A stretch of 64,000 nt of DNA from Eledone cirrhosa (GCA_964016885.1 OZ024747.1:18662001-18726000), one strand, 5' to 3'; positions 42,280 through 56,416 are shown, counted from the stretch's first letter. The notes: generated by a model not told the origin, from the letters alone. Program-made: numbers and translations.

Positions 42280-42485
42280 ATCTTAATGTAATGACATTAG
42301 ACAATGGAATAGTGAAAAGGACATAACTATTGGAATTTGCTTGAAGCATCAGTTGGTTTTATTCGGGCTCTTTTTGAAAGGATGATAGGAAAAATGTACC
42401 AGAACACATGTGAATTCATTGTAAAGGGACTTAACCAAATGCCTCAAAGAATGTCATGCAATGTGCTACTTATATTGCGATCAGC

Positions 42486-42517
<32 letters not shown>

Positions 42518-42685
42518 AAATATGTGTGTATGCATATATATATGTATAGAGAGACAGATAGATAGATATTAGATGCAACTTTTCCCTCAAAAATACATAC
42601 AAAACAAGCACAAGGCATATATATCTATTGGCGTGACTTATCTACGAACATATCTGGTGTGTATATATATATCACACACACACAC

Positions 42686-42789
<104 letters not shown>

Positions 42790-43741
42790 CACATATATTA
42801 TACATCATGAAATTTTATTAACTAACTCTATATAAGAACAAATGTCGTAATTAGGAATTAATTGAATTAATATAATTAGTTAATTAATCTCCTATGAAAA
42901 TAGATTTGAAACCTAGATGTTAAATAAATTTGGGGGTTAAAACTCCTACTGAGAACATAATATTTTTTTTTTTAGTTTTTTTCTAGTATAATTTAGTCAG
43001 GGGGAAAGGCTTGATGCTTTCCTAAGCTTTTGAGGCTTGTGAGAAGGAGGAAGGAAGGGATTCTTTTATTGGAGACTTGTACTAAATGCATACAATTGAA
43101 GAACATGGTGTAGTGTTGAGCTAGGCAAGAGATTAAATCTACCACCCAAGTAGTCTGTAATGGGATTTGATTTCAGAACACAAAAAAGATACTGCAGGGA
43201 GTCCAGTCAAATGCTCTAATGATTCTGAAATTCCATTGCCCCCTGGGCAGGTATTTTATTTATCAACATGGAACACAATGTTGATGTCAGTGTGATTTGA
43301 ACTCAGCATGTGAGGATCGAACATTTTATTTGACACTTTATCACTTCTATCAATACCTCTGAGCTGACTGTAACCCTGACTATGTTTAGGTCAGCTTCAG
43401 TGTAGTTTACACTGCACATGTTTTCAACATCAGAATGTTTATATATCTTGATCATCACATCACATTATGTGTATTAGCACATACTTTACTAATTATTTTC
43501 TAAGCTGGCATGCAAATTAATTTGTAAATTAAATGCAAACATGCCAAAGTATTAGCAATGCAGAGGGGTGAATAAGTTTGCATCAAAACCACAGAATAAC
43601 TTGGGTGTCTAATATATATATATGTGTGTGTGTGTGATTTCGATATGGAATATATACTTGATTAAATTAGTGCTTGACTTGTATTTTTTATCACTACTAA
43701 ACTTACTACAAAAAACCACATTACTCATGGGGTCTCTCTAT

Positions 43742-43772
<31 letters not shown>

Positions 43773-43773
<1 letters not shown>

Positions 43774-44150
43774 AAGGTTACATCATGAGTAAAGTCATTT
43801 TTTGTGGTAAGTTTTCTAGCGATAAAAAATACAAGTTAAGCACTAATTTAATCAAATATATATTCCATATCTAAATCAATAACATTTCCTCAATGCTATA
43901 AAAGGTTTCTTATTCCATTCCTATGGAAATCAGACGGTTTGATGTGAAAAACTCTTGTAGATTCTTTCCTAAGTGCCTCTAAGGAATTGTACTCTTTTCC
44001 ATTAATAATATGTTGCAAACATCGTAATGAATGATAATCTGGAGGAGCAAGATCAGGAGAATGTGTAGTATATGGAAGCCTTTCCCAGCAAAGTTCCTCA
44101 ATCTTGGAATATGTAATTTGAGGTCGGTTGTCATGAAATTCACCCTTTCA
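43773..44150 (-). mobile_element. mariner-type transposon 3' remnant with TIR
   Basis: Minus strand encodes FHDNRP...KIEELCWERLPYTTHSPDLAPPDYHSLRCLQH..NGK, matching the mariner HDNA.PH / YSPDLAP.DY catalytic region. Ends in TIR-like aggttacatcatgagtaaagtcatt next to a TA. Confidence 0.85.
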
Positions 44151-44990
44151 TCAAAATTATCTTAAAATTGTTTTCAATTAAAAAAAAAAATTCCCTAAAA
44201 TTTCTTTATAACTTTCTCAATTCGCCCAAATTTAATAAAATGTTCTTTCAAAATTATTCTCTCAAGATATTCTCTTGAAAATAATTAAAAGTAAAATTTT
44301 AAATTCTAGAAAAACAATTGAAACTTTTTGAAAGAATTTTGAGGATAGCTTGGAAAATGTGTTGATATAATTTTACTAAAATATTTGAAGAATATTTTAG
44401 GGAAATTTTTAATGATATTTTGAGGAAAAGTTTTGGAAAATGTTAATGAAAACTTTTGAAAAGTTTTGAGAAAAAAGTTTTGAGAAAATTTTTATGAAGC
44501 TTTTATTCAAAATGTTTACCCAAATTTTACATTCCCAACACTCGTTTTGTTTCACCTATCTCCCTCAATGGCGGCCAATACCTCCACCACCATCATCAAC
44601 ATATCCTTATTATATCTGCCATCTTCACTTCCCCTATGATCACCAAAACAAATTCTAAACTGAGTCTATTCTTCATAATTTTGAAAAGAATAAAATTAAT
44701 GTAATTTATTTATACAGTGTAATAGAGCAAGCAGATGGTGAGATATGAAAGCTAATTTAAAATGAAGATAACTAGTGTTTGTATTTTTGTTAAACATTTT
44801 ACAAAATTTTCACCAAAAATTTCTTTAAAATTTTCCCAATATTCTTCTCAAAAGTTTCTTTGAAATTCTATCAAAAAATCTTTCAAAATAAATTATCTTA
44901 AAAATTTTCAAAAAGTTTTTCTAAAGAAGGTTTGCCAAAATTATATATGTATATATATATCCTCGTGTCCTACACAACCTTGTGTCTCAT

Positions 44991-45035
44991 CAACGTCTGA
45001 GGATCCGATAAGGTGAAACAATTGTTCTCGGTATG
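44991..45035 (+). ncRNA. Minimal hammerhead-like motif
   Basis: CTGAGGA-TCC-GATAA-GGT-GAAAC-AATT-GT-T with a palindromic stem III loop; stem I is degenerate. Confidence 0.5.
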
Positions 45036-47090
45036 GTGAACTAACTGTTGTGTTACCACTTCTATATATATATATATATGTAATGTGTGTTAATGTATAT
45101 GCTTTATATAGGTTGTCATATAATTGCCTTATTATTGTAATTATAGCATAATTATTGTAATTTAAAAACCACAAGTGTTTATTTTGTTAGTCAAGACTCT
45201 AAAACGAATTAGTCAATTAGTGTAGATGCAGTTGTATCAAACATTTAATTTAAATTCTTATGCAATGAAAAAAGACCATATTAGCTCAATAACTGATATT
45301 ATTTTAATCATTCCAGTGATGATGTGTTTCTCTCTCCACATAAATATTTCTAATTAGAGTTTTGATGCTTATTGTATTAAATATGTTAATAATAACTGAA
45401 CTATTTTTCATGCATGTTTTCTCTCAAATTTGAAATGAGTTCATAAGAACTCTATGCATCTAAAGGGAGCACCAGGATTTTTGATTTTTTAAGTTGATTC
45501 AAGTTCAGGCATGGCTGTGTGATTACAAAGATTGCTTCAGAACTACCAGGGTCTGTCCTGTTGTGTGGCATTTTATGCAAGTGTCATCTACCATAGATTC
45601 AGAATGAACAATGCCTTGTAGGGGAATTTGTTCGAGAGTAACTCTGAGGAAGCTCATCGTATATGTGTGTACGTGTTATTTACTATGAATATTTTCATAT
45701 CAACATCATTTAAAGCAAATAGTGAAACTTGTTTATGTACTTCATAAACAATGTCCCATGACTTAGCAGTTTGATAGACATCAGTGGTATATATCATATT
45801 TGAAAGAAAATAAAGTATGGGTTGGCATCAGGAAAGACATCTGGCTGTAGAAAAAAACACTTTCTCAGAAAGTCTCATCCAATTTATGCAAGCATGGAAA
45901 AGTAGACACAAAGAATTATAATAATTATGATTATATATATATGCTTTTATTATTCAGAAGAACATACTTTATCAGCCTCTCCTGCCTTGTTTTTTTTATC
46001 TAACTACCCACCAACACCATTTCCCTGAACAAAATAAGAGTTAATTATTAAAAAAATGCTTTTGTATTTGGTAGGACAATCCCATCCCATATGCCCCACA
46101 CAAAGAAATGAAAAATAGAACATTAAAAAAAGGGAACAAAATATCTGCAAATAGGAACCAAAAATCAAAGACAAAAAGAAAAAAAATGGTCTGGTTCTTC
46201 AAAAGTTGGCATATCAGAGGAGAAAGACAAAGTATAGATATATTCCTGTATAGTGTAATTGGAAACAAACCTCTGTATCAAGAGAATTTCAGGAAATGTT
46301 TAGTGGTGGTGGAAGTGGTGTAGATTGGTGTTAGTCATTGTGGTGGTAGGGAGGTTGGTGGTGGTGGTGGTGGTGGTGGTGGTGGTGGTGGGGTGATGAT
46401 GGTACAAGTATTTGTGGTGGTGATGGTGGAGTGGGGTGATATTGTTGTTGGTAGTGATGTTGCAGTGATTGGAGGGGGGGGGGGACGATGTTGGTGGTGG
46501 CAGTAGTAATTGTGATAGTGATGATGATGATGATGGTAGTCGTAGTGGTTGTGATGATGTTGATGGTGATAGTGTTTGGTGGTGGCAATGGTAGGGATGG
46601 GCAGAGGTGGTGATGTTGTGGTGGTGACAGTGGTAAGGTCTGTGGCAGTAGTAGTGATTGTGATAGAGATGACGATTATGGTGATGCTGGTAGTGGAAGT
46701 GGGGATGATGGTGGTGGTGATGTCGAGATTTTCCCCTTCACAGATCTTAGGAATTTTATCACACTTTAGGATTTATTTTGTTATTTTTGTTGGTTTTTAC
46801 TGTTTAGACTTCTGTAGGGGTTAAGCCGCAACCCTTTTTTTAAATATCTTTTTTTTTGTTTTTAAGGGATGGATAAAGGAAGTTACCTTAAGGAATGGGG
46901 GGAAATATCAAAGACTATACGTCGATATGAAAAAATATTTCAAAAGGAAAATATATATATATGTGTGTGTGTGAGTGTATGTACATAGGTATGTATATAT
47001 ATATATATATGTGTGTGTGTATATAAGTATGTGCATAGGTATATATATATATAATTTCTACCCGCCGAAATGCGATTCTCGCTAAATTTA

Positions 47091-47129
<39 letters not shown>

Positions 47130-47142
47130 GCACTCATATATA

Positions 47143-47960
47143 TCTATATACATAAATGGCAATTTCTGTCTGTTTGTTTGTTTGTTTGTGAACCTAAAAC
47201 TCAAAAACTACCTAACCGATCTTGATGAAACTTGACACGTGTGTGGGGCTCATGCCCATTTGATTTCTTACATATATTTCATTTTAATCAAAGGATTCCC
47301 CGGGGGCTCAAATCCCCGCTGAAAATGTTTTCCCTTCAATTTATATGAAATTTAAACCATAGGTAAATGACAACATATGATGCCTATTCTCAAAATTTCA
47401 GCAAATTTCAATAATATTAAGACACCCTAATGGGGTTAAACCTCCTATAGTGAAAATTTTGGCCAATAAATGGAACAAGATTTTACGAACTTCTCCTATG
47501 ATTTTGGAGATAGACCCCCATAACCATATATATTCTGAAACTACATTGCCCAGGGTACTTGGATAAGTATATTTCATTTTAATGAAAGGGTTCCCCGGGG
47601 GCACAAAACCCTGCTGAAAATGTTTTCCCTTCAATTAATATGAAATTTAAACCATAGGTAAATGACAACATATGATGCCTATTCACACAATTTCAGCAAA
47701 TTTCAATAATATTAAGACACCCTAATGGGGGTTCTATTTTTTTCCTTATAGCAACACTCAACTTCTCTGACAAACATTTTTTCCCCTGACCAATGTAATC
47801 AACAATATTTGTTTGTATTATTGTTTCCTAAATGAATTTGTCTTCGCTTTTCATTATCTGTCCTATATTTTGATTTCATTTTTGGTCTGAGAGGCATTGG
47901 GCATTTTAATGGAAACTGGGAATACCCCCACTCCTGGGTATTACCGGGTACTTCAGCTAG
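47143..47960 (+). mobile_element. Non-autonomous Helitron-like element, copy 3
   Basis: Same TC/CTAG termini, A|T insertion site and duplicated internal unit as copy 2. Confidence 0.85.
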
Positions 47961-48434
47961 TATATATATAAACACAAACACATATACACACACACACACA
48001 TATATATATGCATACACACAAACATACACTCACTCAAGACTAAAAGCATTCCCCTACTGACAAAAAAAAAACAATGAAAATTTACTGGAGATTTGGTTTC
48101 TAGTAGTTTGTGTTTTTGATTTCTAAATATATTTCTTTATTGCTTTTCCAGTCCCATTGTGACTGTAGTAACTGTATTAATAACACTGAAAGTTGTAATG
48201 TTCCAAAGGTAGCCAGCCACTATCAACTTCCATAAATTTCAATGGTAGTTAAGAAATATGACATGAGAAGGAAATTCAAAATGAAGAACATATGTGTGCA
48301 TGCACATACCCACACACCCATACATACATATATACACATATACACACATACATACCCATTTTAGATTTGCTTGCTTAATATTTGATATACATACATACAT
48401 ATATATATATACATGTGCACACTGACACATACTC

Positions 48435-48471
<37 letters not shown>

Positions 48472-48506
48472 CATACCTATGTGTACATGCACACGTACAC
48501 ATACAT

Positions 48507-48871
48507 ATCATCATCATCATCATCATCGTTTAACGTCCATCTTCCATGCTTGCATGGGTTTGGACGGGAGTTTTCCCACTTGAGGCAAGATTTGTTGTCC
48601 TGCTCATATAGGACTATCTGGCAGGTTTTCTACGGCTGGATGCCCTTCCTAACACCAACCACGTTTACAGTGTGGACTGGGAGGTTTTTACCGTGTTACT
48701 TACACGGCCACATTACAGCGTCGACTGTGTGTTTTTTTGTCGTGACACCTACACAACCTCATTTGTTTCGGACTGGATGTTGTGGTACCAACATAACTTC
48801 ACATTTAAGAGGGTGGTGTGGATGGGGTGGGGGTAGTGGGACGGGGGTGTATTTTGTTAGAGGTGCCTACT
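48507..48871 (-). mobile_element. 3' UTR-only fragment of the RTE LINE family
   Basis: Closely similar to 3429-3775 and to the reverse complement of the LINE 3' UTR, with (ATC)n tail. Confidence 0.88.
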
Positions 48872-48926
48872 ATGTATGTATATATGAACACACTCACACA
48901 CCCACATATATACATGCACACATACG

Positions 48927-48959
<33 letters not shown>

Positions 48960-49609
48960 TTATATATATATATATATATATACACTCACACACCCATATG
49001 TACACACACATTAAATCGACCTAAGTATTTGACTGGTACTTTATTTTATAGAGCCACCCAAAAGTTGAAAGGCAAAGTTGACCTGACAGCATTTGAATAC
49101 AGAGTGCAGATAGCCAGATCAAATTTTGCCTTGTTGTTAATATGAGAATGCCTGGCAACCACAGACACAATTAACAACAAATCTAATTATAAATTAATTA
49201 ATGGCTAAGATTTTAATGTAAAGTTTATTAGACTAGTGTTTTCCAAACACTTTTTAAAAATAAAAAAATTTGACACATTAATTAAGTTTTGTTAGTGACA
49301 CAAAATTAACAAATATGCAATTAAAAACCACATCATGTGCCACTAGTCACGTGTCATTTCATTGTACACACAGTTTTCAGATCTCAACTACATTTCACAG
49401 AATATTCTTTAAAAATTGTTCAAATTCGTCTTTATTTAACAACACATCTACACAGTATTTGACATTCTAAAGTGTCCTTTTATACAGTTTGGTAACTTCT
49501 GTATTAGACATTAAATGTATTCATTCAAGACAAGTAAAAGCAATATGTCTAGATATAAATAATCAATTAATGAAATGTTTATTTACTAACTTCTGTCTTT
49601 CTTTTTCAG

Positions 49610-49730
49610 GCTTGTGCCCCTCGATATCTGTATTTCTTTGGGAAAAAGAAACGAGAGCCCGTTGGTCGATGTATTGTGAAAACACCTTCTTCAAGTTTAT
49701 ATGAAACATATTCTCCTTGTATAGGTTATA
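49610..49730 (+). CDS. Integrin alpha subunit, internal exon C
   Basis: Branch-like tactaac, pyrimidine tract and ttttcag acceptor; gtaaga donor at 49731. Translates ACAPRYLYFFGKKKREPVGRCIVKTPSSSLYETYSPCIGY (ACAPRY, EPVG.C and YSPC motifs). Phase 0 in, phase 1 out. Confidence 0.93.
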
Positions 49731-50357
49731 GTAAGATACCTATTTCTTGAAATTATATTCTCTACTGTTGTTATTTTTTAACAATATTATAAAGGTGTTT
49801 ATGTATAAAATAAGAAGCATTGGAAAAATCTGAATGTTCAACTTCTATTACTTGTAACTACATAATGTATACTACAACAACAATAAGCATTTTAAGGCCT
49901 TTTTTCCTGCTAAAGCAGTTGTTAGCCAGGCAGACCTCATGTCAGGCTTCATACTCACCATAAACCATCAAAACTTTATCAAAAATGGAACATATGAGTC
50001 ACACCTATTTGACAAACCCATCTAAATAAAAATTGACTTAGGCTATGACAACCCATCCAACCTGTGCCATCATGCAAAGCAAACAAAAATTATCATGAGG
50101 ATGATGATGTTTGTGTGTATGTATGTCTGTTTCCATGCAATGTCATAGAAAGTGAGCAGTGACATATAGTTATATCCCATCTTAAAATATTGTCTCACTG
50201 CTTACATTTCGGCCCAGACCATTAGTATATATTTTAAAAATACAGTAAGACTCGACATCCGGAAGGGCATCTGTCAGTAGAAAAAATATTATCAAACTCA
50301 TTCCAGCATGGGAAAGTGGATAATGATGTTGATAAATGTCATGGTGATGATGATAAT

Positions 50358-50640
50358 GGAGACATGTCGTGTAGTGGTAAGGGTGTTGCACTTACAATCA
50401 TAATGTTGTGTGTTCGATTCCTGGACTAGGTTGTGTGTTATGTTCTCAAGCAAAACACTTCATTTCATGTTCCTTCAGTATACTAAACTGAAAATGGGTA
50501 CCAGCAATAGCTGGGGATTTAACCCTGTGATGGTCTAGCATCCTCTCCTGGGAAAGTCTTGTTCACTCAGTTGTTTAACGCTATGGAAACTAGAATAAGC
50601 ACCGACCTGATGAGCCCCTGGGCTCAAGACAGATTTTAGA
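50358..50640 (+). mobile_element. tRNA-derived CORE-like SINE, tail type C
   Basis: gtgtagtggtaagg (A box), gttcgattcc (B box), caagcaaaacacttcatttca core, tail taaccctgtgatgg...ggaaactagaataag; related copy at about 16475-16745. Confidence 0.72.
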
Positions 50641-51226
50641 TGAGGATAATGCTGATGCCTCATTTCTATTTCTGACACCCTTTTTTTTTTCATCCCCTTT
50701 CTTCCTCTCATCATTTTATCCTTCCCTACTTTCTTCCTTCCATTTTTCTCCTTTCATTCTTTGCTGTTTTTTTGTTTTTTTAAATATTTCTTTTTCATAT
50801 TCTTCCAATTATTTTTATTTCCGTCATCTTCATCATGTTCATTCCTTCCTTTCATCTTTCATCTCATCTTCCATTGTCTTTATATCTCTACATTACAGAC
50901 TTCATCCACCACAGCCTCACCCTTCCACCTCCAATAACAACAACACTACATCCTTTCTATTCTCACAAAGCAATGGGGTAAGAATTATCCCATGTACCAG
51001 TTTAGTTCTTTCTATGTGCCTTCTATTATCTTTATCTTATCACCATCTTCATCGTCATCATCATCATCAATTAAGCTTCCTCCTCCTCTACCCACCACCT
51101 CCAACAATAAATGTGTTTCTATCTCTACAGCTTCCACTATCTATGACCATAATAGGGACCAGCTATAACTTGGCAACAAAGCCAAACAAATTCTACTTCT
51201 TCCTAGCAGACAACAAACAAACATAT

Positions 51227-51273
<47 letters not shown>

Positions 51274-51352
51274 TGTGTGTGAATTTATGTGTATGTATAT
51301 CATCATCATCATCATCATCATTTTACGTCCACTTTTCCCTGCTTGCAAGGGT

Positions 51353-51449
<97 letters not shown>

Positions 51450-52148
51450 ATATATTTTTGTGTATATATATAATCATCTTTATACATGTCATACAGATTG
51501 GTGTATGTGCACATAGACAAAACAAATGTACTAACATATAGACACATGTATATATATCTACATACATTACATACAGACATACATGCTTACTTAAAAGTAG
51601 ATATTTATATACCTGACATACATTTTAAACATATATCAGACACAAATGTACTTATATTCATACTCATACACATAGATGCAGGCATATATATATATATATA
51701 TATTATAAAGCTGACGGACGTATGTATGTAACAAACTTTTCGCCAAAATGTTGGACCAAAAAGCACCATAGATGTAACTTTATTCAAGTAAAAAAGTGAG
51801 GGTATTTTTGTCTTCTAAATTTCGTTAAAAGATTAAAGATATTTTATCGTTTATTTAAATATTCACTTCTTTAAAATTTTCAAATGTGAACACTTACGGT
51901 TATACGACATTCCTCTCTCTTTCTTAGTCTGTCTTTTTAGATAGATACATAGCTATAACGTCGCGCCCTTATAATATGTCTCTGTATGTCTGGCTGTCTG
52001 CATTAGATACATAGCTATAACGTTGCACGCTTATAATATATGTCTGTCTGGCTGCCTGTCTGCATTGACTTTGCTTCTAACCAACTTTTAATTAATTCAG
52101 TGCAAAGATACCGCACGCCCTCTCAATAATTAATTATATATATATATA

Positions 52149-53650
52149 TATACAAGCCATGTATAAAGAAACAGTCAGCAAGGTTAGAATTAACAACGAA
52201 TATAGTGAAGAGTTTAGCGTAAAAGTTGGCGTCCATCAGGGCTCTGTTCTCAGCCCCCTACTATTTATTATTGCCCTTCAGGCTATAACAGAGGAGTTCA
52301 AGACAGGCTGCCCATGGCAACTCCTATACGCAGACGACCTGACACTCATAGCGGAATCAATGGCCGAGCTAGAGAAGAAATTCCAAACATGGAAGCACGG
52401 CCTAGAGTCAAAAGGACTTAAAATTAACCTGGCTAAGACCAAAGTTCTAGTTTGTAGGAAAGAAAACAAGGCGGCGGTCCCTTCTGGGAAATGGTCGTGC
52501 TCGGTATGTAGGAAAGGCGTAGGTAGAAACTCCATCTTATGTCCTAAATGCAAAGTATGGGTGCATAAAAGATGTAGTGGGATCACAGGTAAGCTAACTA
52601 AGAACATAGACTTTACATGTGGCCGGTGTTCTGGTGCAATAAGTAGCAGCAAGTGCCCACAAAATACTAGCTCTTTCAATTGCGCAGAGGGTTTTATAGA
52701 AATAGTGGACAGCTTCCGTTACCTGGGCGATAAAATCAGCAGTGGGGGAGGGTGCTCTGAAAGTACTGTAGCTAGAGTCAGAACTGGTTGGAAAAAGTTC
52801 AGAGAGCTTATACCACTATTAGCTGCTAAAGGGTTCTCCCTAAAAATGAAAGGCAGGTTGTACGATGCCTGCATACGAACAGCAATGTTGCATGGTAGTG
52901 AGACCTGGGCATTGTGTGCAGAGGATATACGCAGACTAGAGAGGAACGAAGCTTGCATGCTCCGCTGGATGTGTAACAGTAATATACGTGAACGGCAAAG
53001 CATAAACGAACTAAGGAAAAAATTAGAGATAAGAGGGATCAGATGTTGTTTACTCGAGAGAAGGCTGCGTTGGTATGGACACGTGATGCGCATGAAAGTC
53101 GATAGCTGTATTACAAAGTGCAGGGCAATAAAGATAGACGGTAGCCACGGAATAGGCAGACCTAGAAAAACATGGGATGAGCTGATAAACTCCGACCTCA
53201 CACACTTACACCTCTCCAAGACAATGTCACTGGACCGTGACCTTTGGCGGTACTCAGTAACAGAGAAGACCCGCCTTGCCAGTAGGCATCTCTAACAAAA
53301 TACACCCCTCCCGCCGCCACCCCCACCCCATCCACACCACCCCGTTCTATGTAAAGTTATGTTGGTGCCGCGCCATCCAGGCCGAAACAAATGAGATCGT
53401 GTAGGTGTCACGACAAAAAAACACACAGTCCACGCTGTAATGTGGCCGTGTAGGCAACACGGTAAAAACCTCCCAGACCCACACTGTAAATGTGGTTGGT
53501 GTTAGGAAGGGCATCCAACTGTAGAAAACCTGCCAGACAGTCCTACGCGAGCAAGACAATCACTCTTGCCTCAAGTGGGACTACCCCCGTCCAAACCCAT
53601 GCAAGCGTGGAACACGGACGTTAAACGTTGATGATGATGATGATGATGAT
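52149..53650 (+). mobile_element. Second, more truncated copy of the same RTE LINE
   Basis: Nearly identical to about 58772-60268. Open frame 52159-53295 with HQGSVLSP, LYADD and the PHD finger, ending in a (GAT)7 tail. Both ends sit in a (TA)n tract. Confidence 0.95.
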
Positions 53651-54184
53651 ATATATATATATATATAATTAGTAATAATAATAAATGTGAAGAGTAAAAT
53701 CCAAAGAGGGCGCGATAAGGATAAATATATATCAAATATATAAGAACCCTAGAGCAAATATTGTTCTCATTGCTGACGTATTATCTTCACTTTTTTTCCG
53801 TTCATTGCCAGGGAACGTCTTCCCGAACTAAAGTATCGTCTTCCTATTTTCCTTCGGTTGCAACGTTTTTCGAAATATTTACTTCTGGGTTCACAGATTG
53901 ATTTTTTTTAGTTTCAGAAGATCCCGTTAAGGGTGAATGTTGTGATTCTTTGCTTAAACTTTAATCTGTTATTTTAATATATATATATATATATATATAT
54001 AATTATATATTCGTGTACAGATATTTTTGCATACACAAAAACAAAATATAAACAAACGTATTTATTTCAAGAAAGCACAGATGACTTATTGTCATTGTTA
54101 CTGCCGATATGCCACCCAAAACGTCCCAGCCTGGCCGAAAGATCAGATTTACCAGAAGAAAAAAAAGTTACTAGAGCAACAGGG

Positions 54185-54385
54185 AGACTAAGCTTCGCGA
54201 TTACCATCAACAAAGCTCACGGTCAAACCCTAAAAGTGGCTGGCCTTCATCTGCGAAAACCATGCTTCTCCCATGGTCAATTGTATGTAGAATGCGCTAG
54301 GGTGAGCTCGCCAAACAATCTCTTCATCTTTGCTCCCAAGGGCCGAACAAAAAATATTGTATACTCTGAGGCTCTAACAATGTAA
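54185..54385 (+). pseudogene. Helitron RepHel PIF1-like helicase C-terminal fragment
   Basis: RLSFAITINKAHGQTL...GL.L..PCFSHGQLYV..ARV....T.NIVY.EAL corresponds to SF1B helicase motifs V-VI and the typical Helitron C-terminus. Confidence 0.88.
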
Positions 54386-54982
54386 TTTATGTATTTTCTG
54401 TTACTTGGAATTTCCATTACGGTTGTACAAATTATTGTAAAGTTTGTTAAAAAATTTGTTCTCTGTTCAGCCTTTATTATTGTAACTATAAATTTTCTTT
54501 AACGGACTGGCTGCTGAACTGGGGAATCCTAAAAACTATTCAAACCCAACATCAGAGCACGTTAACCCCCCCCCCTCACTGACTTGAGAGAGCATGCGGT
54601 GTCTTTGCACTGGAGTGGAAGGGGGATTCCTGAAAAGATAAAATGCCGGTATACCTAGCCGGACGCCAAAAAAACTTTTCGCCAAACGGCTGGACCAAAC
54701 AGCACCAAATTTGCACCATAGATGTAATTTCTTCCAAGTAAGAAAGTGAGGGTTTTTTTGTCTACTAAATTTAGTTAAAAGATTAAATATATTTTATTGT
54801 TTATTTAAATATTCACTTCTTTAAAATTTTCAGATGTCAACACTTCCGGTTATACGACAATCCTCTTTCTTTCTTAGTCTGTCTTTTTAGATAGATACAT
54901 AGCTATAACGTCACGCCGTTATAATATCTGTCAGTATGTCTGGCTGTCTACAAAAACCATTCTATACATTGGCTTCCCTATC

Positions 54983-55042
<60 letters not shown>

Positions 55043-55272
55043 TAAAAAAATAATGAATAAAACAATGAAACAGTTCCTTATATTAAACAAAAAAAGTTCA
55101 TTATTTAACGATCGTTTCTAGGATATATATGTGTTAGAATTGGCATGCATATTCAACAGATCTATGTACAAAATTATACAAAATTATACAAACTATCAAA
55201 ATTAAATATACAAACTATCAAAATATTTACTATCAAACTATCAAAATATTTACTATCAAAATATTTACTATC

Positions 55273-55316
55273 AAAATATTTACTTGTTGTATCCCAACAA
55301 TTTTAAATAGAACTTT

Positions 55317-55350
<34 letters not shown>

Positions 55351-55921
55351 GATAAATCTACCAAGAGTTTACGGTAGTGTCCAATCCGTATGAAGAACTC
55401 AATGTAATCCGGATATCATGGAAAGAAGAGATGCAATGAAAAATCACTTTCGGTGAAAGATAAACGGAATACAGAGTCAAGATAAAATATTTTTAAAAAA
55501 ATGAATAAAACAATGAAACAGTTCCTTATATTAAACAAAAAAAGTTCATTATTTAACGATCGTTTCTAGGATATATATGTGTTAGAATTGGCATGCATAT
55601 TCAACAGATCTATGTATAGATCTGTTGAATATGCATGATCTATGTATAGATCTATGTATAGATCTGTTGAATATGCATGCCAATTCTAACACATATATAT
55701 CCTAGAAACGATCGTTAAATAATGAACTTTTTTTGTTTAATATAAGGAACTGTTTCATTGTTTTATTCATTATTTTTTTTAATATTTTATCTTGACTCTG
55801 TATTCCGTTTATCTTTCACCGAAAGTGATTTTTCATTGCATCTCTTCTTTCCATGATATCCGGATTACATTGAGTTCTTCATACGGATTGGACACTACCG
55901 TAAACTCTTGGTAGATTTATC

Positions 55922-55971
<50 letters not shown>

Positions 55972-56014
55972 AAAGTTCTATTTAAAATTGTTGGGATACA
56001 ACAAGTAAATATTT
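55273..56014. repeat. Long inverted repeat (~340-bp arms) with short rearranged spacer
   Basis: About 55273-55613 is the reverse complement of about 55657-56014; a partial third copy of the arm lies at about 55037-55167. Confidence 0.9.
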
Positions 56015-56054
56015 TTATAACTGATATAAAGCACTCGACAAGTATTTGGAGTAG

Positions 56055-56416
56055 ATATACGATATTAATAAATGGAAACTATATTTATAAAACCATATTT
56101 ATTTCATTATACATATTTCAGGGATACCAAATTAAATTATGGTATGCCTTCATCAGACAAAATACAATATATAACAGTTTTACAAATAAGCTTTGACGTA
56201 CCATTTTAAAATGCAACCATTGTTTTTGGAAGCCATCCGGATGGCTTCCAAAAACAATGGTTGCATTTTAAAATGGTACGTCAAAGCTTATTTGTAAAAC
56301 TGTTATATATTGTATTTTGTCTGATGAAGGCATACCATAATTTAATTTGGTATCCCTGAAATATGTATAATGAAATAAATATGGTTTTATAAATATAGTT
56401 TCCATTTATTAATATC

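Noticed and set aside
44155-44940. Possible foldback transposon in AAAATTTT-rich sequence
   Set aside because: Strand-switching low-complexity pattern, but I could not define arms, termini or a TSD.
50600-50632. CTGATGAGCCCCTGGGCTC as a hammerhead
   Set aside because: A hairpin follows CTGATGA but there is no GAAA or stem III, and it lies in a SINE tail. The same applies to ctgatgagc at about 3880 and ctgatgaa at 16681.
52278-53219. Antisense ORFs over the LINEs (also 58901-59842)
   Set aside because: Shadow frames of the RT ORF with no recognisable motifs.
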